A program made the position numbers and the translations under genes. The notes below the pieces were generated by a model. It made no database searches, was not told where the DNA came from, and was given only the letters and a program-made list of their open reading frames with translations. Of a stretch of DNA of 64,000 nucleotides, positions 50,770 to 63,369 are shown piece by piece (position 1 is the first letter of the stretch; each line of letters begins with the position of its first letter). The stretch is from Octopus sinensis (lineage: Eukaryota): NCBI RefSeq assembly GCF_006345805.1, contig NC_043014.1, positions 13,826,001-13,890,000 on the forward strand, read 5' to 3'.

Positions 50770-52410
50770 AATGCTAAGCTTTTCCCTGGTGAAGGATGAA
50801 TCACCCGACATAGACAAAGTGATTTGAGAGTTAGAGCTAGGGGGACACAAAGACATAAGACAATCTGGAGAGAGAAGATATGGGAACTTAAAGGGGCTTC
50901 AACCAGGCATAGTTTCAGAGAAGTGCTAGTTAATATATAGGACAAAAGAGAGGATAGGATAGAGACTTATGGCAGAAAGGAGGCCTGGGATTTCTTATAA
51001 GAAAACCTGCTGAAGGTTACAGATGAGGTCTGTGTCTGGAGCAAGATTTCAGCTCAATGGAATGTAACATGATATTCTTTTATTCTTTTACTTGTTTCAG
51101 TCATTTGACTGCAGCCATGCTGGGGTACTTACTCTGTCAGACTCTTTTGCTGAACTGCTAAATTATGGGGATGTAAACATACTAACACCAGTTGTCAAGT
51201 GGTGGTAGCAGGATAAAGACAGACACACACACACACATACAATAGACTTCTCTCCATTTTTGTCTGTCTACCAAATCCACTCACAAGGCTTTGGTCAGTC
51301 TGAGGTTATAGTAAAAGACACTTGCCCAAGGTGCTACACAGTGGGACTGAACCTGGACCATGTGGTTGGGCAACACACCTGCATGGATTATTACTGTAGA
51401 TAGAGGCTTAAATATTAAGAGACAGGCTTGGAAAAGCTGGAAGAAAGCAACAGCAAAGCCTTAATATCAAGCAACTAGAAGAGGAGCTAAATATCAAATA
51501 AGGGGAAAAGCCAAAAGTAAGAATTTTGCATGTTCTGCAACATGACAATCAGATGTGTGAGGTAGGGCATTGTAAGAGAAAAGTATGTATGGGAAGGCGG
51601 TGAGCTGGAAGAAATGTTAGCACGCCGGATGAAAAGCTTAGCGGTATTTCGTCTGCCGTTACATTCTGAGTTCAAATTCTGCTGAGGTCGACTTTGCCTT
51701 TCATCCTTTCAGGGTCGATAAATTAAGTACCAGTTACGCACTGGGGTCAATGTAATCGACTTAATCCCTTTGTCTGTCCTTGTTTGTCCCCTCTATGTTT
51801 AGCCCCTTGTTGACAATAAAGAAATAAGAAAAGTGTGTATGGGATAATACTAGTACATTTTCCCTTTTTTATACTGAAAAGAAAAAAAAGGAATGCAAGT
51901 GCTATTGCAAAAAAAAAAAAAAGATTGTTGAATGAGGACAAAGCATGAAAGAGAGAAAAAAATCTACCCCACATTGACTCAACATTGCACATGTGATCAC
52001 ACTTCAGCAACAGAGGGATCTGTGAGTGAAGCATGGTCACATGTACAATTAAGGATACAAAAGCTAGGACGGTATAGTCAGGGATAATGGCTGAGATGCT
52101 TAAAATATCTGGTGCAGTAGGTTATGTAATAGTCATTTATACAATCAAGTACCACAGGGAGGTGTCATGCACAATGATTGCCATAGCAACATCATCATCA
52201 TAAGCTGTTACAAAGGCAAAGGAGATGCTCTGGAGACAAGCAACTACTGAGACAACCAAGTAATAGACTAGTTGATTTAAATTAAAAAAAGAGTTACAAT
52301 TAAATTAATTGTGAATAGAATTAGCCTAAATGAAATGCAGTTTAGCTTTGTGCCAGTAAGAAGTACTACTAATGTTGTCTTATAGGGAGACAATTGCAGA
52401 AATACTTAGC
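50770..52410 (+). pseudogene. Decayed RTE LINE (endonuclease end to RT start), interrupted by SINE A (51070-51380) and SINE B (51595-51826)
   Basis: Remnants NAKLFPGEG, WDFL*ENLLKVTDEV, GIMAEMLKISG, IISCYKGKGDAL, LNEMQFSFVP...QLQKYL; SINE B TSD AGAAAAGT(A/G)TGTATGGGA. Confidence 0.75.
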
Positions 52411-53412
52411 TGAATGTGTAGAGTCTTCTACTATAGGCCTGAGTCAACCAAATGCTTTGTGAATGAATTTGGTAGATGAAAACTGTGAAAGCTTGACCCC
52501 CGTGTGTGTGTGCGTGCATTCGTGTGTGCGTGTATTTGTCCCCTACACCATGTGACAACAGTGTTGGTTTGTATACATCTTTGTAACTTAGCAGTTCAAC
52601 AAAAGATTCTGACAGAATAAGTACCAGACTTTAAAAAAATTAAGTACTGGGGTCATTTTGTTTGAGTAAACCCTTCAAGGCAGTGCCTTGACCACAATTA
52701 AAGACTGAAACAACAATAAAAATAAAAGATTATATATATTTTTTCACCAATTAGTCATCAAAGAAAAACCTGTACCAATGAACCTTTTTATTTTTTTCAG
52801 GGGCCTCCAGGACTGGTTGGTAGGATGAAAGGAGGAAATTATCTTCAAACTGGAAATCTGGCCAAAATGCTTGCATCAAAGCGAACACTATTAAAGGCAG
52901 CCAAGAATCAGGTGGTGGTGTTAAACCAAATGAGGGATTAAGTCTGCCACTCAAGAACTCAGAATGCAAAGGGCCAGAAATATCGCAAAACATCTCATCT
53001 GATGCTTCATCAATTTCACTAATCCACTAGTCTTGGACTAGTAACTTTATTTTATCAACTCTGAGAGGATGAAAGGGAAAGTTGGCCTCAGCAGCATTTA
53101 AATTTAATACTAAATTGGCAATGTGTCAATTCATTTCACATACAGGTGAACAGAGTCAACAAGTTCAACAAGGGGGCCTCTAGACTAGCATTTGCCCTGT
53201 TAGAAATAGGAGCCAAATCTCCTGCAAATTACATATTTATCATCTTAAAAAAGTAAACAGATTACATATTTTACAAGAGACACAGTGCCTTAAGTAAAAG
53301 AAAAAATGGTTGTAATGCCTGTTACTAGAATTGAACTGGAGTTAGGTAATGAATCACATACCACAAATCTGTACTCACTGCTTGACTATTTGTGATCAGT
53401 GTTACTGACTTC

Positions 53413-54025
53413 CTGAAAGATTGACATGAAATGCGAGTGGTGACATTCATGGCTTTCCTACACAGATATTAGCTGCATAGATGACTAAAATATCTACAGC
53501 TGGGAATTGTTACTGGGCTACATGGAATTTCAACTATGTTTCGTGGTCTGCTACCACAACAGCTCCTTTATAGGATCCAGTTAGCTCAAGACATCATCAG
53601 GAGAAACTATGTCTGGTTTCGGCCCCTACTCCTCTACCGTTTTGACGTAGCACCCCCCCCCCACTGAAAGATTGACATGAAATGTGAGTGGTGACATTCA
53701 TGCCTTTCCTATACAGATATTAGCAGCATAGATGACTAAAATATCTACAGCTGGGAATTGTTACAGGGCTACATGGAATTTCCACTATGTTTCGTGGTCT
53801 GCTACCACAACAGCTCCTTTATAGGATCCAGTTAGCTCAAGACATCATCAGGAGAAACTATGTCTGGTTTCGGCCCCTACTCCTCTACCGTTTTGACGTA
53901 GCCCCCCCCACTCCTGAAAGATTGACATGAAATGTGAGTGGTGACATTCATGCCTTTCCTATACAGATATCAGCAGCATAGATGACTAAAATATCTATAG
54001 CTGGAAATTGATACTGGGCTACATG
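53413..54025. repeat. ~250-bp tandem repeat, 2.4 copies, with a hammerhead-like signature on the minus strand
   Basis: Units start at 53413, 53664 and 53914; each full unit has ATGTTTCG...CATCATCAG. Confidence 0.9.
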
Positions 54026-54119
54026 TGAATTAGCTTGCCAGGAACTTACCCCCCACCCACCATCTCATCTCCTTTGTTGTAGATCTATTTCTCAATACTA
54101 AGATATACCCATCAATTAA

Positions 54120-54340
54120 CTGACTTACTGTTACATGGATAGCCACATCCAGCCCAAATAGTCTACCAACTTTATGCTCAACCCAGCCTGGTCCAGACTC
54201 TCACACCTAATCTACAAGGTCATTCTAAAGGTAACAATTACATCATCAAAATCTCAAAGCAACGAGATAATGCATGATTGATTCAAAACAACACGAATAA
54301 ATAAGCATGACATTTGATAAAATAATCTGAATGCTAAAGG
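54120..54340. mobile_element. piggyBac-like MITE, decayed
   Basis: Right end TGAATGCTAAAGGGTTA; left end eroded. Confidence 0.45.
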
Positions 54341-54528
54341 GTTACGACAATCCTAGTTTCTGAAAGCCCCTCTCTTTGCTATTTCCCCACAGACCATTTT
54401 CAACAGATCAAATGACATTTAACAAGGTTTCATTCTCTTTGTTAGTAAATATCTGCCTTATTTATTAGTAATTCAACAACTATAAAAAAAGAAGCCAACA
54501 AATTAAATCTGTGCATCACAGAAAGCAT

Positions 54529-54672
54529 ATATGCAATCGTGACCTTATATGCAATCGTGACCTTATATGCAATCATGACCTTATATGCAATCGTGACCTT
54601 ATATGCAATCATGACCTTATATGCAATCGTGACCTTATATGCAATCATGACCTTATATGCAATCATGACCTT
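54529..54672. repeat. 18-bp minisatellite x8, ATATGCAATC(G/A)TGACCTT
   Basis: Counted directly. Confidence 0.97.
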
Positions 54673-55104
54673 GTTCGTCTTCTGCAGTTAATGCATTATG
54701 AATAATTAAAAAAAAAAGCAATAAAGATACATGGCATTTATTCATGTGTAAGTCTCTTGGTATCTACTATACTAACTTGAAAAACATATGTCAAATGATG
54801 ATATCTCAAGGACAACAGAATTGAATAATAGTCAATAAAATATCAAGTACAATATTATCCTTATTAAATAGCTTTTACCTATGGGGATAATTTTGTCTTT
54901 TTCCACCAGCTTTGGGATGATAATGGTAGTCGTATAAGTGAAGCAACCCCTACCATTGCTTGCTCAACCTGCTAGAAATTGCAATGAAATCTCCTTCAAA
55001 TTATACCTGACTGTCTTAATAAAAGAAGGAATACAATAGCTGATGTAGTACTACATATGCAATGCTCGACAGACGAATGGGACAGTGATGGCTGGATGAT
55101 TAAA

Positions 55105-55403
55105 TTAGTTAAGTTAAGTTAATTTGGCTCAAAAAGCAAAAGCAAGGCCATGTAGGGGGACATGGAGTTATGTACAGGGTGGTGTTCATGCAAAGAGTTC
55201 AGGCCATTTCTGGTCAAGAGAGACCTTGAACCGAGCGGCAGCTTATTCCACAGATCCGCAACCCGGACGGAGAAAGCCCCTCTCCTTCAATTGAGATGAA
55301 ATCGTCGCAGATAGAGCTTTTCGGAGTGACCCCGCAGCCGACGCTCTGGAGCAGGAGTGAAGAACAGCTCTTTCGAGAGGTTACACTTTCCGCTTATAGT
55401 AAG
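55105..55403 (-). pseudogene. Young CR1-group LINE 3' end with (TAACT)n tail
   Basis: Minus frame ELFFTPAPERRLRGHSEKLYLRRFHLN*RRGAFSVRVADLWNKLP; CpGs retained. Confidence 0.8.
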
Positions 55404-55751
55404 AAAGAGCTAACCTGGGGTTAAACAACATAATGTAACATTAACGGATGTCTGTTCTACCATGATGAGGATTCAGTTTCACTCACAAGGTATGGGGCAG
55501 ACTGAAGCTATAGAAAATTGCATTTGCCTAAGATACCATGCAGTCAGATAAAATTGAGGACCTCATGGTTTCAAGGGCAAATACAAGTAAATAGACAATG
55601 AATTGAATAAAGGAGCAACATGAAAGTGACTGAATTATGAAACTGCTTCACTTTATTGTTATTTGAAACAAATGTAATGATTGTTTTACATCAAAACTCA
55701 AACAGGAAAATGGGAAAATACTATGTAGACAGAAATAAAATATAAATCTAT

Positions 55752-55958
55752 GCAGCCGTTCAAGAATTTGGACCTAGAGATCTCCATTTCCAGTGACTAC
55801 GAGGGCCACCTCCCAGTGGTGTCGGGCGTCAACGAAGAGCCTTCGCCTACAACAAGACGACCAAAGTTTATTTTTTCCAAGGTCTGGGGTCTCCCACCCC
55901 TAAGCCCTAGACCATCACCTAATCACCCTTACCCGTCTTGTTGCTTAACAACAACAAC
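55752..55958 (+). mobile_element. Unclassified GC-rich retroelement 3' end with (CAA)n tail
   Basis: TTAA(CAA)n end and nested stem-loops. Confidence 0.4.
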
Positions 55959-57207
55959 TCTATGCAACACATTTGAGAAATAACAATAAAATTAAATATA
56001 TCAGAATACACACACACACATGTAAGTGTAGATGTGGCTGTGTGGTTAAGAAGCTTGCTTCCAAAACACATGGTCTCTGCTTCAATCCCTCCGTGAAGCA
56101 CCTTGGGCAAGTGTATTCTACTATAGCCCCGGCTCTTGTGAATGGATTTCACAGATGGAAACTGAAAGACGCTCATCTTGTGTGTGTGTGTGCATGTGTG
56201 TGTGTGTGTGTGTGTGCATGGGGACCCTTGTCCTGACATCGTGTAATGGTTGTAAATGAGCGGCACTGTTATACAAGTGGTGTTGTTTGTTTCCAGTTAC
56301 ATCTGGCCATGAGAAATATTATCTTGCTGAGACACAAGGAAGGGCTGGCAACAGACTCTGTGACTCATGTAAGCATATAAAAGTGAATGTTAAATGAATG
56401 ATAATGATGATATATAAATGAATATTTTATGTTGCTTCCAACATTAACCTATAAACATTCCTAATAACAATGCTTTTAGATATGTTGATGATGGGAAAAT
56501 ATGATTAAAATGATGAAACTTAAGACAAAAACGTGATTTCTTGTGTGAAAGGTATGGGGTGAGGTATGCTGCCGAAAGTAACGAGATTTGGCATGGCCTG
56601 TTTGGAATAACAGAAACATCTCTATGAGTTTGTCTTTGATTAATTTGAATGTTAAAGAGCCACAGAAGTATAAGTAGTTATACTTTATATCCCTGAAACA
56701 CTGAAGTAGAAGTAGTAGAGTAGACAGAAACAGAGAAGCACTAGAAATAAGTACAAGCTTTTTAATATTTCAGTCATGGGAAGGCAGGGAACTGGCAGAA
56801 CTGTTAGCATGCCAAGCGAAATGTTTAGCAGCATTTTATCAGTCTTCACATTCTGAGTTCAAATTCCACTGAGGTCGACTTTGCCTTTATCCTTTTAGGG
56901 GTTGATAAAACAAGTACCAGTCGGATACTGGGGTTGATGTAATCGACTTAGTCCTTCTCCCAAAATTTCTGGCCTTGTGCCAAAATTTGAAATCAATATT
57001 TTGTTCATGGAGAAGTGTGATGGATTGGCGGTATCTGTAGAGCATCAGACAAGATACCTTGTGGTATTTAGTTGAATCCCTTTATGTTCTGAGTTCAATT
57101 CCTAGTAAAGTAGATTTTGCTTTTCATCTTTCTAAGATTGACAAAGTAAGCACCAATTGGTGGGGTTGATATAATCAACTATATCATTTGTCTGCAGTGA
57201 CAAAAAT

Positions 57208-57606
57208 CTGTGTGGTAAGTAACTTGCTAACCAATCACATGGTTCTGGGTTCAGTCCCACTGTGTGGCATCTTGGGCAAGTGTCTTCTGCTATAGCCCCG
57301 GGCCGACCAATGCCTTGTGAGTGGATTTGGTAGACAGAAACTGAAAGAAGCCTGTCATATATATGTATATATATATATGTGTGTGTGTTTGTGTGTCTGT
57401 GTTTGTCCCCCTAGCATTGCTTGACAACCGATGCTGGTGTGTTTACGTCCCTGTCACTTAGCGTATCGGCAAAAGAGGCCGATAGAATAAGTACTGGGCT
57501 TACAAAGAATAAGTCCCGGGGTCGATTTGCTCGACGAAAGGCGGTGCTCCAGCATGGCCACAGTCAAATGACTGAAACAAGTAAAAGAGTAAAAGAGAAA
57601 AAGAGT
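57208..57606 (+). mobile_element. SINE family A
   Basis: Consensus match, 5' end clipped. Confidence 0.9.
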
Positions 57607-57921
57607 CAACACAGCTTTACTTCTTGAACGATATACACCTACACAGCACCTTGGGCAGGTGTCTTCTACTCTAGCTGACCAACGTCTCATAAGTGAATTT
57701 GAATTTGATGTGTGTGTGTGTGTGTGAGCATGTGTTCCCGTCATGTAATGTTACAAACACTTCCTTGTCAATCTCACAGTTGGAAATGCAGTGAACCATA
57801 GAGTGGCTCATTGGAAACCTGTGGAAACAACACTGTTACGCATACAAATTGTGATATAAATAAAATGAATAGATAAGAATCAAGGAAGTCAAGCTGATCC
57901 ATCAATGAAGAAACTGATTAC

Positions 57922-58525
57922 ATTTACATACATACATATATATTACATATATATTACACATACATACATATATGTATATATACATATATATATGTATACA
58001 CATACACACATATATGTGTATTACACATACATATACACTCACATACACATATGCATACACATACACACATATATATATAGACACATACATACACATATAC
58101 ACACATACATACACATATATACACATATACATATATATACATACGTACCTACCTACGTATGTATACACATACACACATGCATATTACGCATACATATACA
58201 CTCACATACAAATACATACACACATGCATATTACGCATACATATACACTCACATACAAATACATACACACATATATACACACATACACATATACATACAT
58301 ATATACACACATACATACACACACACACACATATATATATACATACACATATATATACATACGCACCTACCTACGTATGTATACACATACAAACATGCAT
58401 ATTACACTCACACACACATACACACATATATACACACATACACTTATACATACATATATACACACATACATACACATATATACATATATATATATACATA
58501 CATACCTATCTATGTATCCATACCA

Positions 58526-58556
<31 letters not shown>
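57922..58556. repeat. (CA/TA) microsatellite tract
   Basis: Read directly; it generates the long spurious Y/I/H/T-rich ORFs. Confidence 0.95.
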
Positions 58557-58963
58557 TTATAATTGGTACAAACATTCTCCAGAGTATATTTTCGTCATTC
58601 CCTAGGCTATGATTACGATGACGTTATACATCATTGATTCAACTAATAATACTTTTAACCTTTAATGCCAGTGTCTGCATTAACAATATAAACATCATAA
58701 AACAAGGAAAGAAAACAAAGCAGGAGTTTATGCTGATAATTTTTTTTCTTTTTCTGATTAATTTAGTTGGTAATTCATAGATCAAGTTTATTTGTATTTA
58801 ATACATACAGATAAGGCACAGGGATGGCTTTGTGGTAAGAAGTTAGCTTCCCGTCCACATGATCTTGGGTTCAGTCCCATTGTGCGGTACCTTGGTCAAA
58901 TGTCTTCCGCTAGCCCTGGGATGACCAGAGCCTTGTCAGCAGATGTAGTAGACGGCAACTGAA

Positions 58964-59126
58964 TAGGCGCAGGAGTGGCTGTGTGGTAAGTAGCTTGTTT
59001 ACCAACCACATGATTCCGGGTTCAGTCCCACTGCGTGGCATCTGGGGCAAGTGTCTTCTGCTATAGCCTCGGGCCGACCAATGCCTTGTGAGTGGATTTG
59101 GTAGATGGAAACTGAAAGAAGCCTGT

Positions 59127-59193
<67 letters not shown>

Positions 59194-59413
59194 GTGTGTA
59201 TATGTTTGTGTGTCTGTGTTTGTCCCTCTAGCATTGCTTGACAACCGATGCTGGTGTGTTTACGTCCCCGTCACTTAGCGGTTCAGCAAAAGAGACCTAT
59301 AGAATAAGTACTGGGCTTACAAAGAATAAGTTCCGGGGTCAATTTGCTCGACTAAAGGCGGTGCTCCAGCATGGCCGCAGTCAAATGACTGAAACAAGTA
59401 AAAGAGTAAAGAG
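58964..59413 (+). mobile_element. SINE family A, nested in an older A copy
   Basis: Splits ...ggcaactgaa | agcccgcc... Confidence 0.9.
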
Positions 59414-59437
59414 TAAGCCCGCCGTGTGTGTGTGTGA

Positions 59438-59776
59438 AGGTACATGGCCCAGTGGTTAGAGTGTTGGGCTCATAATCATGAGGTAGTGAGTTCGATCCCA
59501 GAGCAGGCTGTGTGCTGTGTTCTTGAGCAAGACACTATATTCGACATTGCTCCAATTCACTCAGTTGGAGAAATGATTTGCGACATCGCTGGTGCCAAGC
59601 TGTATCAGCCTTTGCCCTTTTCCTTGGACAACATTGGTGGCATGGTGAGAGGCGTCTGGTATGCATGGGCGACTGCTAGTCCTCCATAAATACCTTGCCT
59701 TGACTTGTGCTGCGGAGAAGAACTTTCTAGGTGTAATCCCATGATCATTAACAACCAAAGGAGGTCTTTACCCTTT
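59438..59776 (+). mobile_element. SINE family C with a tRNA-Met(CAT)-like head
   Basis: TGGCCCAGTGGTTAG...CTCATAATC...GAGTTCGATCCC, then TGTGTTCTTGAGCAAGACAC; a related head-end copy lies on the minus strand near 60110-60190 and a related tail at 343-600. Confidence 0.7.
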
Positions 59777-60232
59777 AATTTAATTGTGTGTGTGTGTATA
59801 CATATATTGAGAAAAAAAGTATCCAGAATTTTGGAAAAAAAATCTTTTTATTTATTCATTATTATTAGCGCTTTCATTCATTTCTCGAACTTGTCAAATA
59901 AAATGTATGTATGCATATATATCAACTGGCACTCTGTTGGTTATGACAAGGGTTCCAGTTGATCTGATCAATGGAACAGCCTGCTTGTGAAATTAACATA
60001 CCAGTGGCTGAGCACTCCACAGGCATGCATAACCTTAATGTAGTTCTGAGGGAGATCCAGCATGACACAGAATGTGACAAGTCTGGCCCTTTGAAATACA
60101 GGTATTACTCATTTTTGCCAGCTGAGTGAACTGGGGCAACATGAAACAAAGTGTCTTGCTCAAGGACACAATGTGCCGCTGGGAATTGAACTTGAGCTGA
60201 ATACCCTAAGCACCAAACCATGCATAAATATA

Positions 60233-60286
<54 letters not shown>

Positions 60287-60494
60287 TTCCTGTTGCTATT
60301 ATATTTGTAATTCTTATATGTTTATTAAATTGGAAAGTATTCTTATTTCTTTATTGCCCACAAGGGGCTAAACATAGAGGGGACAAACAAGGACAGACAA
60401 AGGGATTAAGTCGATTATATCGACCATAGTGCGTAACTGGTACTTAATTTATTGACCCCGAAAGGATGAAAGGTATATATATATATATATGGAT

Positions 60495-60770
60495 CTAGGA
60501 CTTTTCATCTAAAACACTTCAGTCTAATGCACTTTGGTTTAAAGAACTTTGATCTAGAGTGACTTTTGTATAAATACACTATAGTCTAAAGACATTTTTG
60601 TCTACATGCCCTTTAGTCTAAAGACATGTTTGTGTAAACTCACTTTGGTCTAACAACTATTTTGTCTATAGAAGCTAAAAAAAAAACGTAAAAGATCTAA
60701 AAGTGTCTTTAGACAAAAATGCTTTTAGAACAAAAAATCTTAGACTAAAGTGGTTTAGACCAAAGTGCTG
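60495..60770. repeat. Foldback-like element built from ~15-bp subrepeats in opposing arms
   Basis: CACTTTGGTCTAA-type units on the left and TTTAGACCAAAGTG-type units on the right. Confidence 0.6.
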
Positions 60771-61041
60771 TATTCAATATACATACACATGTATATGATG
60801 TGTGTGGATGTATTAATGTTTCCTCACCTTGACATCATGTGATAGTTGTAAACGAGTATCATCATCATACAAGCAGCATCCTTCATTTCTGATATTCTGT
60901 GAAAACATGAGTGATTAAGGGGAACTATGACCTTATTAGGAAACAGGTAAGGGTTAACAACAGGAAGGGCATCTGGCCATAGGAAAATCTGTCCCAACAA
61001 ATTCTGTCAGGTCCATGCAAGCATTTAAATGTGGATGGTAA

Positions 61042-61073
<32 letters not shown>

Positions 61074-61314
61074 AGGCTGTGCAATGGTTTTAGCTAATGC
61101 ACACCTACTGGATCAGTAGTTCAGCTCTTAAGTCTCTTTGCATCTACGAATAATGCTGCAAGACGACTGATCATTCAACAGCAACAACAACAAAAACAAC
61201 AGCAACAATTGATAAAAATATGATGAGACTACACACTGTACACCAGAATACCTTCCAATTTAATAAACTCATAAGAATTACAAATATGATAGATTACAAT
61301 GTATGGAAATTGTA

Positions 61315-61898
61315 GTTGTGATACCCGTGCCGATGCCACGTAAAAAGCACCATCCGAACGTGGCCGATGCCAGCACTGCCTTGACTGGCATCCATGCTAG
61401 TAACACGTAAAAAGCACCAACCGATCCTTGCCGTTTACCAGCCTCCTCTGGCCCCTGTACCGGTGGCACGTAAAAAGCACCAACCGATTGTTGCCGTTTC
61501 CAGCCTCCTCTGGCCCCTGTACCGGTGACACGTAAAAAGCACCAACCGATCGTTGCCGTTTGCCAGCCTCCTCTAGCCCCTGTACCGGTGGCACGTAAAA
61601 AGCACCAACCGATCGTTGCCGTTTGCCAGCCTCCTCTGGCCCCTGTACCGGTGACACGTAAAAAGCACCAACCGATCGTTGCCGTTTACCAGCTTCCTCT
61701 GGCCCCTGTACTGGTGGCACGTAAAAAGCACCCACTACACTCACGGAGTTGTTGACGTTAGGAAGGGCATCCAGCTGTAGAAACACTGCCAGATCAGACT
61801 GGAGCCTGGTGCAGCCTCCTGGCTTACCAGACCCCAATCGAACCATCCAACCGATGCTAGCATGGAAAACGGACGTTAAACGATGATGATGATGATGA
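61315..61898 (+). mobile_element. RTE-3'UTR-type element with an expanded 62-63-bp VNTR
   Basis: CACGTAAAAAGCACC at 61337, 61404, 61467, 61529, 61592, 61655 and 61718; (GAT)n tail. Confidence 0.85.
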
Positions 61899-62223
61899 TT
61901 TGATTGCTATGAAAACCCCTTACTTCTGATTAGATTCAAAAGTTAGAACTGAATTGAAATGGTTTCAGGGAAACACAAAAATTTTCTAATCTGAAACTAG
62001 TTTTCGCCACAAAATGTTTCTGCTGCATTCATATAATAATACTATTCGGGGGGGAAAGTGTATAAAGGTCATTGGCAGATTACATCTATCTCAGCGGAAA
62101 AAATCTAATAACATTGATTAGCAGGATTAATAATTCTTCAAGCTCCTCTGTGTCAGTTTAGTATTTATCACTGACACTAATAATTGTTGCACTTTTCCAA
62201 AAGAATGTAATGAAACAAAGCAC

Positions 62224-62572
62224 GGTAGTTGCAGTAGTAGTAGTAGTATTGATGGTGGTGGTGGTGGTAGTAGTATTGATGGTAGTAGTAGTAGTAATAG
62301 TAGTATTGATGGTAGTAGTAGTATTGATGGTGGTAGTAGTAGTAGAAGTAGTAGTAGTATTGATGGTGGTGGTAGTAGTAGTAGCAGTAGTGATGGTAGT
62401 AGTAGTAGTAGTAGTAGTAATGATAGTGGTGGTGGTAGTAGTATTGATAGTGGTGGTGGTAGTAGTATTGATAGTAGTAGTATTGATGGTAGTAGTAGTA
62501 GTAGTAGTAGCAGCAGCAGCAGTAGTAGTAGCAGTAGTAGTAGTATTGATGGTGATGATGGTAGTAGTAGTA
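62224..62572. repeat. Cryptic trinucleotide tract (GTA/GTG/GAT)
   Basis: Read directly; source of the poly-Val ORF. Confidence 0.95.
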
Positions 62573-63369
62573 ATTTACTAGACTAGGTGATATTCATGGG
62601 GACAAGATGCAAGATTTTACATCAAATCTTAAAAAATTAAAAACAAAACAAAAAAAAAGCACGTTACTATTCTCTTAGTGCAAATTAAACTGTTACAATA
62701 GAATGAAGAGGGAATTCTTGATACTAATAAAAAGAAAAGTAAAAAAAAAAAACCGGTTAGCAACATATACCAGAGATTTAGCAATGTAAAAAGAATATTT
62801 TTTTTTCTAAATAAAACAAACGACTGAGACTGGGAATGAAATAATCCCTATAAACCAAAGACAAAAACCAAAAATAAAATAAAAAACAGTCTAGAAAAAC
62901 ATAACAATGTTAAACAGCAGCACTTTGCACGGTTAAAATGTTGACGTATCAAATGTACACGTAATCTATTCTATTAAAATAATTAAGTAATGCTGCTAAT
63001 TTCGTAAGAGAGAGAGAGGAGATGTGAAACTGGTGCTTATAATCGAGTAATGGAAAGTAGCACTGAAACAATTAAAGAGCTATTTTGGTTGGGTTATAAA
63101 GGAAAACAAGACTGCTACGGGGGGATAACGAGCTAAGAAAGCTATTCCAGGTAACTGAGTAAGATTAGTTCAATTTGGTAAACTTGCCAGGGATATTATA
63201 AAATTGGACAGATAATGTTAAGTGCATATTACTGAATTACTGAATGTCTTGTGGGTTTTTTTTAAATTTTCATTTTATTTATTTTTCTCTTTTTACACAC
63301 GGCAAGTCAATCTATTTTGATTTACCTGTGGAAACAAGTGTTCGTTTCATAAAGGTAACATGTTTTGTG

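Noticed and set aside
52800-52940. Apparent exon after a strong acceptor (ttttttcag|G), frame GPPGLVGRMKGG...
   Set aside because: No recognisable domain and only a weak donor; the region looks to me like a decayed DNA-transposon piece. RNA-seq would settle it.
55795-55870. HDV-like ribozyme fold (CAC/GTG, GG, CGTC/GACG, ACCAA)
   Set aside because: P2 cannot form and P1 needs a bulge.
59445-59500. Possible tRNA-Met(CAT) gene
   Set aside because: The anticodon and acceptor stems do not pair, and the sequence continues into a SINE body.
62210-62581. 123-aa poly-Val ORF
   Set aside because: It arises from a trinucleotide repeat.
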